DNA from: Leptogorgia sarmentosa
Taxonomy: Eukaryota
Length of the DNA stretch: 64,000 nt
Assembly (NCBI GenBank): GCA_964658305.1
Contig: OZ210885.1
Coordinates: 8,122,001-8,186,000, forward strand
Direction: 5' to 3'
The position numbers were made by a program, and so were the translations under genes. Below the pieces are notes generated by a model. That model ran no database searches. It worked only from the letters and a program-made list of their open reading frames with translations, and was not told the DNA's origin. Below, in pieces: positions 26,962 to 39,490 of the stretch; positions within the stretch are counted from its first letter, which is position 1; every line of letters starts with the position of its first letter.

Positions 26962-28697
26962 CACCTTTTCTTACTCATAAAGAGAAAACGAGCTACCGTT
27001 TGTATGAACCAGCAACGAATAAAACGTAGGCATATGCATGTGCACGGATTGAACATCAAATTGCATGCAACGAATATTCAATACAAAAATTTGAATATGC
27101 ATAATCATTCATTATCTTGCAAATATAGTCAATATCAAAAAATAAGCTTACAATAGCATGCATATGGGACCCATAGAAATCTAGAGAATAGACATCAGAG
27201 TCAAGAATGTAGTCATTATAATGAAAACGTTGTTTATTAACATTGTTAAACGCCAACAAGCGAACAATAAAAGCAATGTTTAATCATTACAATGGTCTTA
27301 ATTGCCAACTGTGTGCTTGTGATAACAATAGAACACATATCAAGTTCATTTAACACAAATATCTTTTCAAGAAAACAATACATAATATGGCATAAATGTG
27401 GTGTAATATTCTTGACACACAGTGTAGAAACCTAAAGGGACTCCGTAAAGGACTCCGCACTTTGATTAAAAATTATTCAGTCCCAGACAAATATATAAAT
27501 ACAAGCGTGGTTTGTGTGTGGCTGTAAACTGCACAGTTGGTACAAGGTGTAGGTGCGACATGTTCAGGCGTAATAGAATCACACAGGAAAACAGACAGCG
27601 AATTGTACAAGCCTTTGAGAACGAAGACGAAGACTATTTACTCGTTGCAGATACATTGGGAGTTAACAGGTCAACAGCACGAGGTATTGTGGCTCGCTTT
27701 ATCAGGGAAGGGCGAATCCATGAGTTGCCTCGGGGCGGCAGAAACATGACCGTTTGCTTAGCAGTATCCGCTAATGCTGGCTTAGTGTTCCACACGGCCT
27801 TTCTAGGAGGAATGAATCGTGAACGCTTTGCTGATTTTCTTGCACAGACACGCCTCAATCTGGATCCTGATGAAGAAGTCATCTTCATATATGACGGCGC
27901 ACCAGCACATAACAATCCACCTGTCCCTGCTCCCAATACCGAGTTGCGAAAACTCCCTCCATACAGTCCCTTCCTCAACATTGTAGAGCAAGCAATAAGC
28001 TCCCTTAAAGCAGCAATAAAAGCGGACATTTCCCGCCCCGAAATTCAACGATTGATGGGTGATAGAGACGCGGCAAGAAATCGACATCTACCTTTGGGAG
28101 AGTTTCGCACCCATCTTCTCTTGGATGCCCTACAGCGAAATATAGGTACAATAACTGCAGCGAAATGCGGGCAGTGGTACCGTTTCATGCAAACCTACAT
28201 TCCACGCTGCTTGAACGGAGAGGCCATTCAGGGATAACGGAAATATGACATTTCCTTCGTGATATCTCAAGTATTATTTAGTGTTTTCTTGAAAAGATAT
28301 TTGTGTTAAATGAACTTGATATGTGTTCTATTGTTATCACAAGCACACAGTTGGCAATTAAGACCATTGTAATGATTAAGCATTCCTTTTATTGTTCGCT
28401 TGTTGGCGTTTAACAATGTTAATAAACAACGTTTTCATTATAATGACTACATTCTTGACTCTGATGTCTATTCTCTAGATTTCTATGGGTCCCATATGCA
28501 TGCTATTGTAAGCTTATTTTTTGATATTGACTATATTTGCAAGATAATGAATGATTATGCATATTCAAATTTTTGTATTGAATATTCGTTGCATGCAATT
28601 TGATGTTCAATCCGTGCACATGCATATGCCTACGTTTTATTCGTTGCTGGTTCATACAAACGGTAGCTCGTTTTCTCTTTATGAGTCAGAAAAGGTG
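26962..28697 (+). mobile_element. IS630/Tc1/mariner-superfamily element with 416-bp TIRs
   Basis: 26962-27377 is the near-perfect reverse complement of 28282-28697; TA dinucleotide on both sides; central transposase ORF. Confidence 0.95.
27560..28237 (+). CDS. IS630/Tc1-like transposase, internally deleted but in frame
   Basis: N-terminal HTH (VADTLGVNRSTARGIV, LPRGGR) fused directly to the DDE_3 C-half (IYDGAPAH, LPPYSPFLNIVE); no first-Asp motif. Confidence 0.85.
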   Translation: MFRRNRITQENRQRIVQAFENEDEDYLLVADTLGVNRSTARGIVARFIREGRIHELPRGGRNMTVCLAVSANAGLVFHTAFLGGMNRERFADFLAQTRLNLDPDEEVIFIYDGAPAHNNPPVPAPNTELRKLPPYSPFLNIVEQAISSLKAAIKADISRPEIQRLMGDRDAARNRHLPLGEFRTHLLLDALQRNIGTITAAKCGQWYRFMQTYIPRCLNGEAIQG

Positions 28698-29455
28698 TAA
28701 TATTCGATTATGACTATTTTTTACCAAAACAACCAGCATTCCAAGTATTTCGGGAATTTCGGGATATTGAAAAATATTTGAATGTTCCACTGAAATTGTA
28801 TATTACGTAATAAGCACAATGGGTAGAATACAGGGAAGACATTCCCAAACTTGGGGGTTTCTGATTTTCTTAGGGTGGAAAACGTTTCTGAAACGTTGCC
28901 GGAAACGCCCATTTCAGAACCTTAACTCTACCTCTTTGGTAAGGTCATTCATTCACAAGTAAAAGAAAAGGAGAAATAGTAAACAGTTGGGGACAGTTAT
29001 ATAGTCGTCCCCCAAGCCAAAAATTCGGGGACCCCACAAGATTGACACCCTTGATAGAGTATTTGGCACATGTGATTAGCTCATTTGTCGTCACGTGCCT
29101 TTGGCAAAATATCATGTTCCAACACCTCGCATTTTTTTAAATTTTCGTAATTCAGAATCTGTACGTGAAAAGAAAGATAGTGCAAAAATTGAGTATCAGT
29201 TCCGTACGAAAATAGGCAGACTTCGTCTTTTTGTTGACTTCGACAGTTTCGTCTGTATGGTTAACTTTCAAACCTCGGTTTTGATGCCTTGGCATTGGCC
29301 TCGGTTTGATATTTACCGTGCACACCTCATGCTTGGTCAGTAGGTACTTGATTTTTCACCATATTCCAAGTTATCAGCGATCAATGGCTATATTTATCTC
29401 AAGAGTGGGTCGTTCTTAACTGATACTTAAGATGCAATTTTCACAGTAAATCTTA

Positions 29456-29684
29456 CGGCTGCTTTCCAGTTACGCGTTTTTCGTATACGTACGTGTAAAA
29501 ATTAGTGAAATTGATTTCAACGTTAGTTTCTGTGCTACACATGAATACATGTAAAGCATCTCATACTTTGAATGATATAGTATGTGTTTCTAAAGGTATT
29601 TTATTAATGAAATAAAATATAGAGAGATTTAGACATTTACGTACGTACATGTACGTGTTAAAACGGGTAACGGGAATGCAGCCT
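29456..29684. mobile_element. PIF/Harbinger-type MITE
   Basis: GGCTGCTTTCCAGTTACGCGTTTT ... AAAACGGGTAACGGGAATGCAGCC imperfect TIRs, TTA flanks. Confidence 0.65.
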
Positions 29685-30627
29685 TTACGTAGTTGTGAAA
29701 TTCGAAGCGAAATATGATATTGAAAGCGCTAGTTGACTTGTTGCATGATGTATGGTACAATATCAGTTTGTAGGAAAATCGGTAAATTTCATTGGAAATT
29801 TTTGAAAGTCATTAATTTGATAATAGGCGCAGGCTTCACGATCATATTTTCTGACATGGAGATTGATTATTTCTACTTCAATGTTTAATACATTTTACCT
29901 CATTCATTATTCAATATCCCTACTGTCAGTATTTCAAAAATACTTGTCCGGGAGGAGAAATGGGGTGGAAGGGAAAATATTTCAGTGGCACTCTGCGTGT
30001 TTTGAATTCACCTGTCTTATTACAAACATTTTTATTCAGTCCATACTGTAAATAATTATCGAGAAAACTTCATGCTAAGAATTTTCTCTTAATTGTCAAT
30101 GACGGTATAGTAAACGTATAAGATAGTAAAAATAGTATCACTAAATAAGTTAAACAGTGAACATATGTGGAAATGTTTAGCAATTCGCCTAATTAATATA
30201 AGAGGCAACTGTATATTTGAAAATGATTTTGTTTCAACTTTAGTGTAGATTTTTAGTTGTATTTGCTGGTTTACAATATCGAATTATTATAGAATATTTG
30301 TCAATAAAAGTAAAATTACCAATGATGTTTGCAATGGTCGTCACATTTACAGCATTATCAGCAAACCTTACTGAACTTCAGACGTCATTATCACTTAGTC
30401 GTATTTTCTAAAATCTTTTCATTTCAACAGTGTTTTACAGATACAACATTGGACCATCGATCCTTATAAGTTTGTTTGCAGACTAAGGGACTCTTCATAT
30501 GAGAAAAGTTATCTCTGTTGACAAGAAAATATTTCGAGTGTCTAATGACTCAGTTCTGCTCTTATTGAGCACGTTATAACGTCACCACGCTTATCGAGTA
30601 AATTGTTTTCGGCCGTGAAAGGCTGTT

Positions 30628-31090
30628 ACGTAATAACTACAGTGAAACACGCAATTTGATTGGTCAATAGTCCTGCAAGATCAGACAAGCCTGCACAGTA
30701 TCCTGCTTGGAAAATTCTGAATGCTTACTCACGAGCATAATGCTCACGAGTCACGGGATTTTTAAAATGTCGGCAATAAAATTAAAGTAAAATACGAAAA
30801 TTTGACAGTAACACAAATTGCTATCGAAAATAACAAACAAGGGTTTCGTATTTATGGAAAAGAAATTAACGTTTTCCGTTGTTTCACTGTAGTTATTTTA
30901 TAAAACAATTACCAAATGATTTTCCCGTGTAGGATAGCGTTATCCATACACTTGGGATGTGGCTTGAGTTTCGGAAAGTGACTCGCCTTCGGCTCGTGAT
31001 TTTTTACGCTTTCCGAAAGTCGCCACATCCCACGTGCATGAATGACGCAATCCTGCACGGAAAACCATTCGGTATTCTTTATTGGAAAGT
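30628..31090. mobile_element. TIR-less element with internal inverted repeats and terminal long hairpin (possible non-autonomous Crypton-type)
   Basis: AATAACTACAGTGAAACA / TGTTTCACTGTAGTTATT pair, followed by long imperfect hairpin ~30920-31065 centred on CTCGCCTTCGGCTCG. Confidence 0.5.
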
Positions 31091-32659
31091 TGCTGATATG
31101 ATAGCAAGTGCAGAGGAGGTTGGACAGCAGACCGCAAAGCATCATGGGTAATGAGCTTCTGAATGCACGTGCGGCCTCATTTGTGTTTTGACCGCCGCGA
31201 AGTAAACATCTCTATGGCAAAATAATTTGGACGCCTTTGAATCTACAAATTGGAAAATAACCTGATATACTTCCGTTGTTGCGATTCTTTCGATGAATGC
31301 CGTTTTACTTACTCCAATTTCACCGTTTTTAAATTGCGTGGCTTTCAATTGCGACAATTTTATTGACTTTCCGTGTATCGCCATTGTGAAAGTATATTAG
31401 TATAAACCATATTTCAGGTACATTATGATTATACTATAAACTACAATGCATTCAAAACCAACTTGTTCTCTTGTCAAAATGTACAGTGTACTTTAATATT
31501 AGTGTACAGATGTCTCTTTATTTTCAAATAATCTACTGGTTATACAATGCATATTCTCTGTATATTTAATTTGTCTAAGTATAATGAGCAAAGTTTTATT
31601 AATGACACTATCAAGTTACATATTACATAGCAAGACAACATATGTGTTACAAATAAAATAATTATAAAATAATGTATCTATTTAATGTTCTGAATCATCA
31701 TCATCATCCTTGAACCTCTGGTTGTTTCACTCCCTGCAAGAGGCTGCTCTGGTACTTGCCCTTGTCCTGGGGAGGGACCACATCTCAATTTGCCAAGAAC
31801 AAGTACAGGATATGCTGTTTACTAGATAGAAACTCGTTCATGTGAAGGTAGAAGAACAACAATATACTAGTCCAATGCTGACATCCTCATCACTCCACAT
31901 AATAGCACCTACACATGTATAATACAAAAATATAATGAACCACTAACAATGGCCAGCTTGCATAGGCATGATGTGAAAGAATAATACAGTATGCACATAT
32001 ATATATGAAAGGTCTACGCATTTGTGCCCATGGTTTCTTCCCAAATGTTGACCAGTTGGGAAATTATGAAGCCAAAATTAGCTACATACTGTTTATACAT
32101 AAAATACTGGCATTCAATCAAAGATGATACGGTAACAGACTTGTTATTACACATGCACACGCATTAAATAAAAAAAAAAAACAGGCAAATAATGCCTGAA
32201 TCTTCTAAGTATTCTTTTAAAATTAGCCTAAAACTGTGAGAAACAAGCTTTGGTGCGGCGATGTCGTCCCGAAGCATTGCACGCCATTTTGACAAACGTT
32301 GAATTGCCCATGGTCAGTTTAGTGCGAAATATCTCAAAATCTGCCGGGGGATCTCGGGGATCTCTCCAGCAGAATTTAAGTTTAGACATTTGTCTTGACT
32401 TTTTTGCAAAAATTACGAAAATCGAACCGTGGGAACTCCAGATTTTTTAATTTGAAATTTGTAAACAGAAACAGACTTCGGCCATTACGCCGAGACGACA
32501 TGGCCAACTTTAATGACCAAAATAATATTGAAAAATAGCATTTACCTGAGAAATTCTTGCATAGATCGCTAGCTCATTCATAATACTTCGGTCACGCTTC
32601 CATTTTATGTGCAAAATTTGTATATATATGCATACTTTTTGAGTTTTTATGCGTCTTTT

Positions 32660-33582
32660 AACATTGTACTTATTAAACTTATCCTTATCATCCTGCTGCC
32701 GCTGTTGGTGGAAATCTATCTTGGAACATTGTACTTATTAAACTTATCCTTATCATCCTGCTGCTGCTGTTGGTGGAAATCTATCTTGGAACATTGTACT
32801 TATTAAACTTATCCTTATCATCCTGCTGCCGCTGTTGGTGGAAATCTATCTTGGAACATTGTACTTATTAAACTTATTCTTATCATCCTGCTGCCGCTGT
32901 TGGTGGAAATCTATCTTGGAACATTTTACTTATTAAACTTATCCTTATCATCCTGCTGCTGCTGTTGGTGGAAATCTTCCTTGGAACATTGTACTTATTA
33001 AACTTATCCTTATCATCCTGCTGCTGCTGTTGGTGGAAATCTATCTTGGAACATTGTACTTATAAACTTATCCTTATCATCCTGCTGCTGCTGTTGGTGG
33101 AAATCTATCTTGGAACATTGTACTTATAAACTTATCCTTATCATCCTGCTGCTGCTGTTGGTGGAAATCTATCTTTGAACATTGTACTTATAAACTTATC
33201 CTTATCATCCTGCTGCCGCTGTTGGTGGAAATCTATCTTGGAACATTTTACTTATTAAACTTATCCTTATCATCCTGCTGCCGCTGTTGGTGGAAATCTA
33301 TCTTGGAACATTTTACTTATTAAACTTATCCTTATCATCCTGCTGCTGCTGTTGGTGGAAATCTTCCTTGGAACATTGTACTTATTAAACTTATCCTTAT
33401 CATCCTGCTGCTGCTGTTGGTGGAAATCTATCTTGGAACATTGTACTTATTAAACTTATCCTTATCATCCTGCTGCTGCTGTTGGTGGAAATCTATCTTG
33501 GAACATTGTACTTATAAACTTATCCTTATCATCCTGCTGCTGCTGTTGGTGGAAATCTACCTTGGAACATTTTACTTATAAA
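32660..33582. repeat. 65-bp minisatellite, ~14 copies
   Basis: Unit AACATTGTACTTATTAAACTTATCCTTATCATCCTGCTGC(C/T)GCTGTTGGTGGAAATCTATCTTGG head-to-tail, some 64-bp variants, no spacers. Confidence 0.97.
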
Positions 33583-35020
33583 CTCAGAAACAATAATTCC
33601 TTATAAACAGTGACATCTTGCCACCCTTCACACGCGACCACACATAGGGGGGAGGCGGTGCCTAAACAATTACCTTACTGTGTTTTCACAGAAAGAAAAT
33701 GGTTTTGCATCTACTCTCTCGCTATTGTTCCACGCTCTCTAGAGTGTTAACTGGTAACTGTTAAAGGTGAGTATTAATCGAAAAGATACGCCATGATGCT
33801 TGTTCAAATAAGGTAAGCGGTAAAGCCGATTTTTTTAGGTTTTAGTAAGTAGAGTTAAACTAGTTTGATTTTGACCTAACCTATATTAGCGTCATCCTAT
33901 TGTTGGTCATTGAAATTGTATCCACATTATTTTTTTCGCTAAATGCGCCTTTATTTTACTTATTGAAAATGCGAATTTCTGCACTAAAGGTTTGCTCAGA
34001 ACGCAGGAAATGGCATTTGCGAGGTCCACATTTCAAAAATTTTCCGGGGGGGAATGCCCCCGGACCACCCTAATTTGGTGATGGTCTTCTCCGAGCATCA
34101 GTCAAGAAATTGGCTATATCCGCCCCTGGAAAGTTATTGGGAGTTGGTGTTATTTGAAGACGTAAATATCAAGTGGGAGTGTTAAGGATGATCATTTATG
34201 TCATATATATATATGTATTGGGACAGAATAATTATGTTGACATTGATCATTTGACCAAGTTGGTTGGCACTCCTCTTTGAGAGTTGTACTTTCGTACGCG
34301 GATTATTTATATTGTTATTTCTTTCTCTTTCTCATTAAATGTTGTTAATCAATACGTGTGGCAGTTAATTCCAATATATATCTAAGATGTTACCAGCACC
34401 AGTCTTCGAATTATTCTTCAGATTGTTTATCAAGCAGGCCTTCTCATGGACTTTAATGACATTGAGGAACAAGTTTGCAGACGAACCAAGCTTCTATTCA
34501 ACAGGTACACTGTAGGCCTAAGAAAATGCAATCTAATTCAATTAATTGTTTAATATTCGAACTTTGACATATTTATTGACAGCTACAATGTCTAAATCGC
34601 TGTCTTTATATATTTTAATATGGACTGGTTTGGAGCTGCGAGACTATAGTCTCATAGGTCCAAACCTGAATATCTCACAAAAGGTAACGAAGTTCTACAG
34701 GAAGTGGTACTTCATCATTGTATATTATCTTCAACATACAATCATAAAGTGTTTGGGACAAACATTGTGTTTATTGTTATAAAACTACGATTTTGTTGTA
34801 TCTTCTGTGAAGCGATGTATAGTTTTAGTTGATTGAGCCATACCATGAAAGAACAAAGTTAGTTATAAAAACTGTGACGACGTGAAATCACGCATGCGCT
34901 ATAAACTGAAAATGGAATATTATCTTCCGGGTGGCCGCGTCCCGTAATCTTAAGCTCGCTTTTCTCTGTTAAAATATGGCTCGGAATAGCTAGTAAATTG
35001 CCTCCGGGCGAAGACTTGAT

Positions 35021-35094
35021 GAATCGAAGAGTTGAAGAATCGAAGAGTTGAAGAATCGAAGAGTTGAAGAATCGAAGAGTTGAAGAATCGAAGA
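35021..35094. repeat. 16-bp tandem repeat, ~4.6 copies
   Basis: GAATCGAAGAGTTGAA units. Confidence 0.95.
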
Positions 35095-35950
35095 AATCGA
35101 AAAAAGTGTTGTGAAATCCGTACGTGTTCGCCATTCGTTCGTGCATCGTTTGGCCTTGATTTTGGCAGTAGTACTCTTCGTGTTCGTGCCTGTTTGCGGG
35201 GCCCTCTAGGGGGTAACGCTAAGGCGGAGGTCTTTATTTTCAACCTTGCTGAGTGCTTCTGTTGTCAGGTTGAGGTGCTCGACTGAAACCTGACGTCTCA
35301 GTTCCTCTTATCTTTTGTCCGTGTATTGAGAAATTAGATACTCGTTTGCCACTCATAGTGTCGGCCATAGCGTACTCAGTTAATAAGTTGTTTCGAGACT
35401 GGGATCTCGTTTAAGGTTACATTAGGAGTAATACAGTTTAGCAGTTTTTCAGTATTAAAGTTAGTTGTTTTTATTTCGAGACTGGGATCTCGTTTAAGGT
35501 TACATTAGGATACTTACGCGGATACGAACGTGACGAAGTCTGTAATCCATCTTACTATAGCTGAGCCTGAGCGTACGTTCAATTTTTGCAACTCGGCGAT
35601 TATATAATTATAATTCATAATTTATTAAAAAAATCTTGAATGGCAGTCTACACAGGCAAACTGAAAAACTCAAGTTACATTTCTAACAGATCTAGCTATG
35701 TTACAACAATTAAAAAAGGTTACACTTTAACAATTAAGACTACGTTAAAATACTTATCTTAAATCTTTATGACTATAGAAAGGTTAGTTACTATAATAGT
35801 TAGAATGTGTCCCACTTTCTCACGCAATACGGTAGACAGCTATCACTAAATCTTTTAGTATGTGATTTAAAAAGTGGAATGTTTCGAGCATGTCTAAGGT
35901 TGTGCTCATGGTTGACTGGTTTGGGCAACAACTCAAATAGTTTACTTGTT

Positions 35951-37765
35951 TCATTTCCATAGCTTAGGAACATAGCCTTCTCTGATGGAAGAGTTATAAA
36001 TCGAGCACACAGGGTTGGAGATAATTGGTGCGTAGGTTTTCAACAACCAATTTTGAATTTCATCTGGTCCCACAGACTTGCGTTCATGAACAGCAGATAG
36101 AGTAAGCTCCACAGCTTCTGGAGAGATAATATACTTATCTGGGACGTCGGAAACCGGGATAGGGTTAAAGGCTAAAGGTGGTAGATCGTCAGCTACACGG
36201 CTAAATGATTCGCTTACTAACTCCGCGAGATCGACGTCTCTTAATATTGTGTCGTTCACGGTTATACTTGTTATGGGTGGTATGTTTGATAAACCAGACA
36301 ACATTTTGATATTATCCCACCACTTTTTGGGGTTAGTATTGTGTATATGGTCAATTTTGTCTGCGTAAAAACGTTGCTTCGCCTTTTTACAAAGGTTTAT
36401 CACCTTATTATGATATGCTTTATATTTTTGCGAGTTATTCTTCACCCAAGCTTGCTGACGTTTTTTAATAGTGTCTTTAATTGTAGGAGTGATCCACGGT
36501 TTGTCGCTGGGATGTTTTTTGACAGAGCAAATGGGGAGGTAAAAATCAATGGCGTCATGGATTACGGTCTGGAAAGTTACTAGTTGATGCTCGCATGAGT
36601 TTAACCGCAAAATGGGCGTCCAGTTGAAGTTTTCTAAGAACTGGGTCAAGCGTCTCTTATTTGATGCTCTACAATCGCGTTTTTGAATTCGCGTTGTTGG
36701 TAAGCTGGGGGCCTGTCTCCCAGTGGGTTGAAGGAGAACACTGGAGTGATCAGATAGTCCAACAGGTGGTAGTGTAATAGATTCGTAATGCGACAGCAAA
36801 GTTGAAAATGCTTGGTCTAAAATATTGTTCCCCCTGGTGGGCTTCGTAACCAGTTTCTTAAGTTTAAAAGAGGAACACAAATTACCTGGTTGGAACTGGT
36901 TAAAGTCCCCAAGGAGTATAATCCCAGAATTCGGATAGACAGCAAGGAGGGAGTCGAGGCAATTGAAAATATGTGAACGGAGAATGCGATCATCGCTCTG
37001 AGGGGGATGATAAACTGTTCCCAGTATAATAGAGTTTATTCCTCTTGGTAAGCGATCCATTTTTATAAGGAACCATTGGCTTTCGATGTCAGGTTCGCCC
37101 AGGTTTCGTAGTTCGACAACATTAAGTCGAGAGTTTATGTAAGTACAAAGACCTCCGCCTCGTTGATTGTTAGGTCGGTCTCTTCGATATATTACGTATC
37201 CAGGAATACGGATAAGATTATCGTCTATCAGCGAAGACAGCCATGACTCGGTGATCACAATAATTTCAAAGGAGTTGGCGGACACAGTTGAAAAAAGTTC
37301 ATCTAGTTTGTTGATCATTGACCTGACATTGCTGAAGAAAATTGATGGGAAGTTCGGCCTAGTGACCGATCTTTGCAAAGGAATTTGAATTAAGTTATTC
37401 GGGTTTCTAGATTTTATGTCGTGATTATATAGTTCCGCTGAATAGTTTAAATTGCTTGGGGAGCTGTAACTCGACGCACGATTGTATAATGCGTTGTTTT
37501 CTCTACCGTCAGATATATGACATCTATTACTTATTATCACAGGAATATTGCTGGAGGTCTCGTTGGTACTGACATCAATGGAGGGGGGTATGGGGAAGGT
37601 TGGGATCTGGTATACGTTATTACTTGGTGTAGTAGGTCTAGTACGGTCTATTGTTGGTAACGGGACCGAGGGTGAGGTGGATAAGTATGAACGCTCATCA
37701 AGGGCAATGGCGTCGCTTGGTGTTGACTCGTTAAGCAAGAGACTGTATGGAGATGCGCTAGCCAT
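35951..37765 (-). pseudogene. LINE ORF2: APE endonuclease and linker, truncated at start of RT
   Basis: SNVRSMINKLDE, ITESWL, RRDR..RGGG, VYHPP, LLGDFN, PTRGNNILD, GLSDH, KPWIT, KSVGPDEI, GYVPKLWK*. Confidence 0.9.
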
Positions 37766-39072
37766 TCCAAGGAGTGGTGGCGGGAGGCTGTCCGATATGA
37801 CGGCTCGACACAGCGAACTTTGCGAAAAGGGGAAGTTGGAGGGGCTTGCAAGGATCGAGCTGTTTCGTTACCACTTTTTTCATTTTGGTTCGATTTTACA
37901 TTAGGATTCTTGTCAGTTCGGCGGACCCTAAGGTGATTAGCCCTTTTTGGGTTTGTAAGTGAGTCGCAATTCCTATTGATCAGCACATATTCACGATCAT
38001 TATTATGGCTGCCTTTATCTGTCATATTTCGGGTTTAGTGAATAAGCCTATACTCTTTAATTTGTTGATCGAATATAGGAGCTGGTTTCCGTGTATTTGA
38101 GTGAACAGGTATGCTGCGATTGTTGTTATGCAAATTATAATGCTTAGTTCTATAGTCTTCTAATTGTTGATCAAATGGGGGAGACTGTTCATGTTCATTA
38201 TGATAAATAGGGTCAGTATTATAGGAGCTTTGGTTGTTATTTTCTTCAACGACTTTAGTTAAATTCGCATCTTGGGAATACTCACAAACATTCACGATCT
38301 GTTGATGGAACAAAAGATCTTTGGGGGGGTTGGCCGATTCGTCATTGTGCAGAAATTCTATGTCTTTGTCCTCATGGTTTGGGAAGGCATGTGAAATAGC
38401 CTGGGGATTAATTTGGTATGATTTAAGTATATTAAGTTCTTCTTCGAGTCTGTTCACTTGTAATTCTAAAACACACCTTTTTAATTTTTCTTCTTCCAAA
38501 TCGATTTGAAGACGAGCTATTTCGCTACTCAGACTTGCGGATGTTAGCAAGGGCTGGTCAGCACACGTAATAACCGACTGCACAGAATCTACTCTGGTCT
38601 TCAGTATTTCTATCTCAAGTAGCGCACTGTCAATTGTCTCGTTCAAGTCTCCATAACTATGCATATCGGTCACCTTTTCAGGCTTGCCGGTGAATGGATG
38701 GATACACAAATCTATCAAATATTCTTTAACTTTAGTGCCTACCGAACCGTTCAAAGTTAGTGTATTAAGTTTGCCTGGATACCAAATAGCGACGAAATCA
38801 TTGCTTTTTGCATCGAATTTCTTAGAGCTACCACCGTACGAGCGCCATTTACCTTCGAGACCGAGTGCAACTTGAATGAAATCTTGTAGGGTTTCAAAGC
38901 CATCGCACCAACTCATACGTTTACCATCATAGGCAATACTTTTAGACATCACATAATTCTTAATTTTTTGGTCATCCCATTTAATATCGACACAGTTATA
39001 ACATTTGCCAGTGCTCTTAAGTGCATGAACGTCTGCCATTGTTGACGCATGAACGACTTGACTTATAGACAA
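37648..39072 (-). pseudogene. LINE ORF1 with one in-frame stop
   Basis: ORFs 38035-39072 and 37648-38025 are in the same frame, separated by TAA at 38035-38037; central coiled-coil (EIARLQIDLEEEKLKRCVLELQVNRLEEEL); lies directly 5' of ORF2. Confidence 0.7.
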
Positions 39073-39256
39073 GTGTGATGATCGACTTAGTCGAATTTAC
39101 TATAATACGGAAAGAATGCTCCGATTCAAACGTGTAAAAAATACTCAAAACTTCCAACCTTATTTATAAGACAAAATATTCAAAACTTCCAACCTTATAA
39201 GACGAATATATTGAATTTTTCTCTTATCAGGGCAAGGCCCTCGTAGCTTTGGCAAC

Positions 39257-39490
39257 TGGCTTTACATTGCTTTGCCTCCTTTTAGAAAATTTACATGGCT
39301 TTACATTGCTTTGCCTCCTTTTAGAAAATTTACATGGCTTTACATTGCTTTGCCTCCTTTTAGAAAATTTACATGGCTTTACATTGCTTAGCCTCCTTTT
39401 AGAAAATTTACATGGCTTTACATTGCTTTGCCTCCTTTTAGAAAATTTACATGGCTTTACATTGCTTAGCCTCCTTTTAGAAAATTTACA
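39257..39490. repeat. 39-bp minisatellite, 6 copies
   Basis: TGGCTTTACATTGCTT(T/A)GCCTCCTTTTAGAAAATTTACA units. Confidence 0.97.

Larger units (their letters stand above)
35600..39100 (-). mobile_element. CR1/L2-group LINE, near full-length 5' end, RT domain deleted
   Basis: ORF1 + APE-endonuclease ORF2; ORF2 C-terminal tail (TSKLFELLPK..HNLRHARNIPLFKSHTKRFSDSCLPYCVRKWD*) at ~35804-35950; AATAAA plus AT-rich tail at ~35600-35626. 5' limit approximate. Confidence 0.85.

Noticed and set aside
27056..28603. Two identical 67-aa ORFs on opposite strands
   Set aside because: By-product of the 416-bp TIRs; TTG start and no protein-like features.
31682..31908. Exon-like minus-strand stretch ending ..RFKDDDDDSEH*
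   Set aside because: Stops in all frames and no recognisable family; at best an unidentifiable relic.
32660..33582. CRISPR-like regular array
   Set aside because: Units are contiguous with no unique spacers, no cas genes, eukaryotic context; it is a minisatellite.
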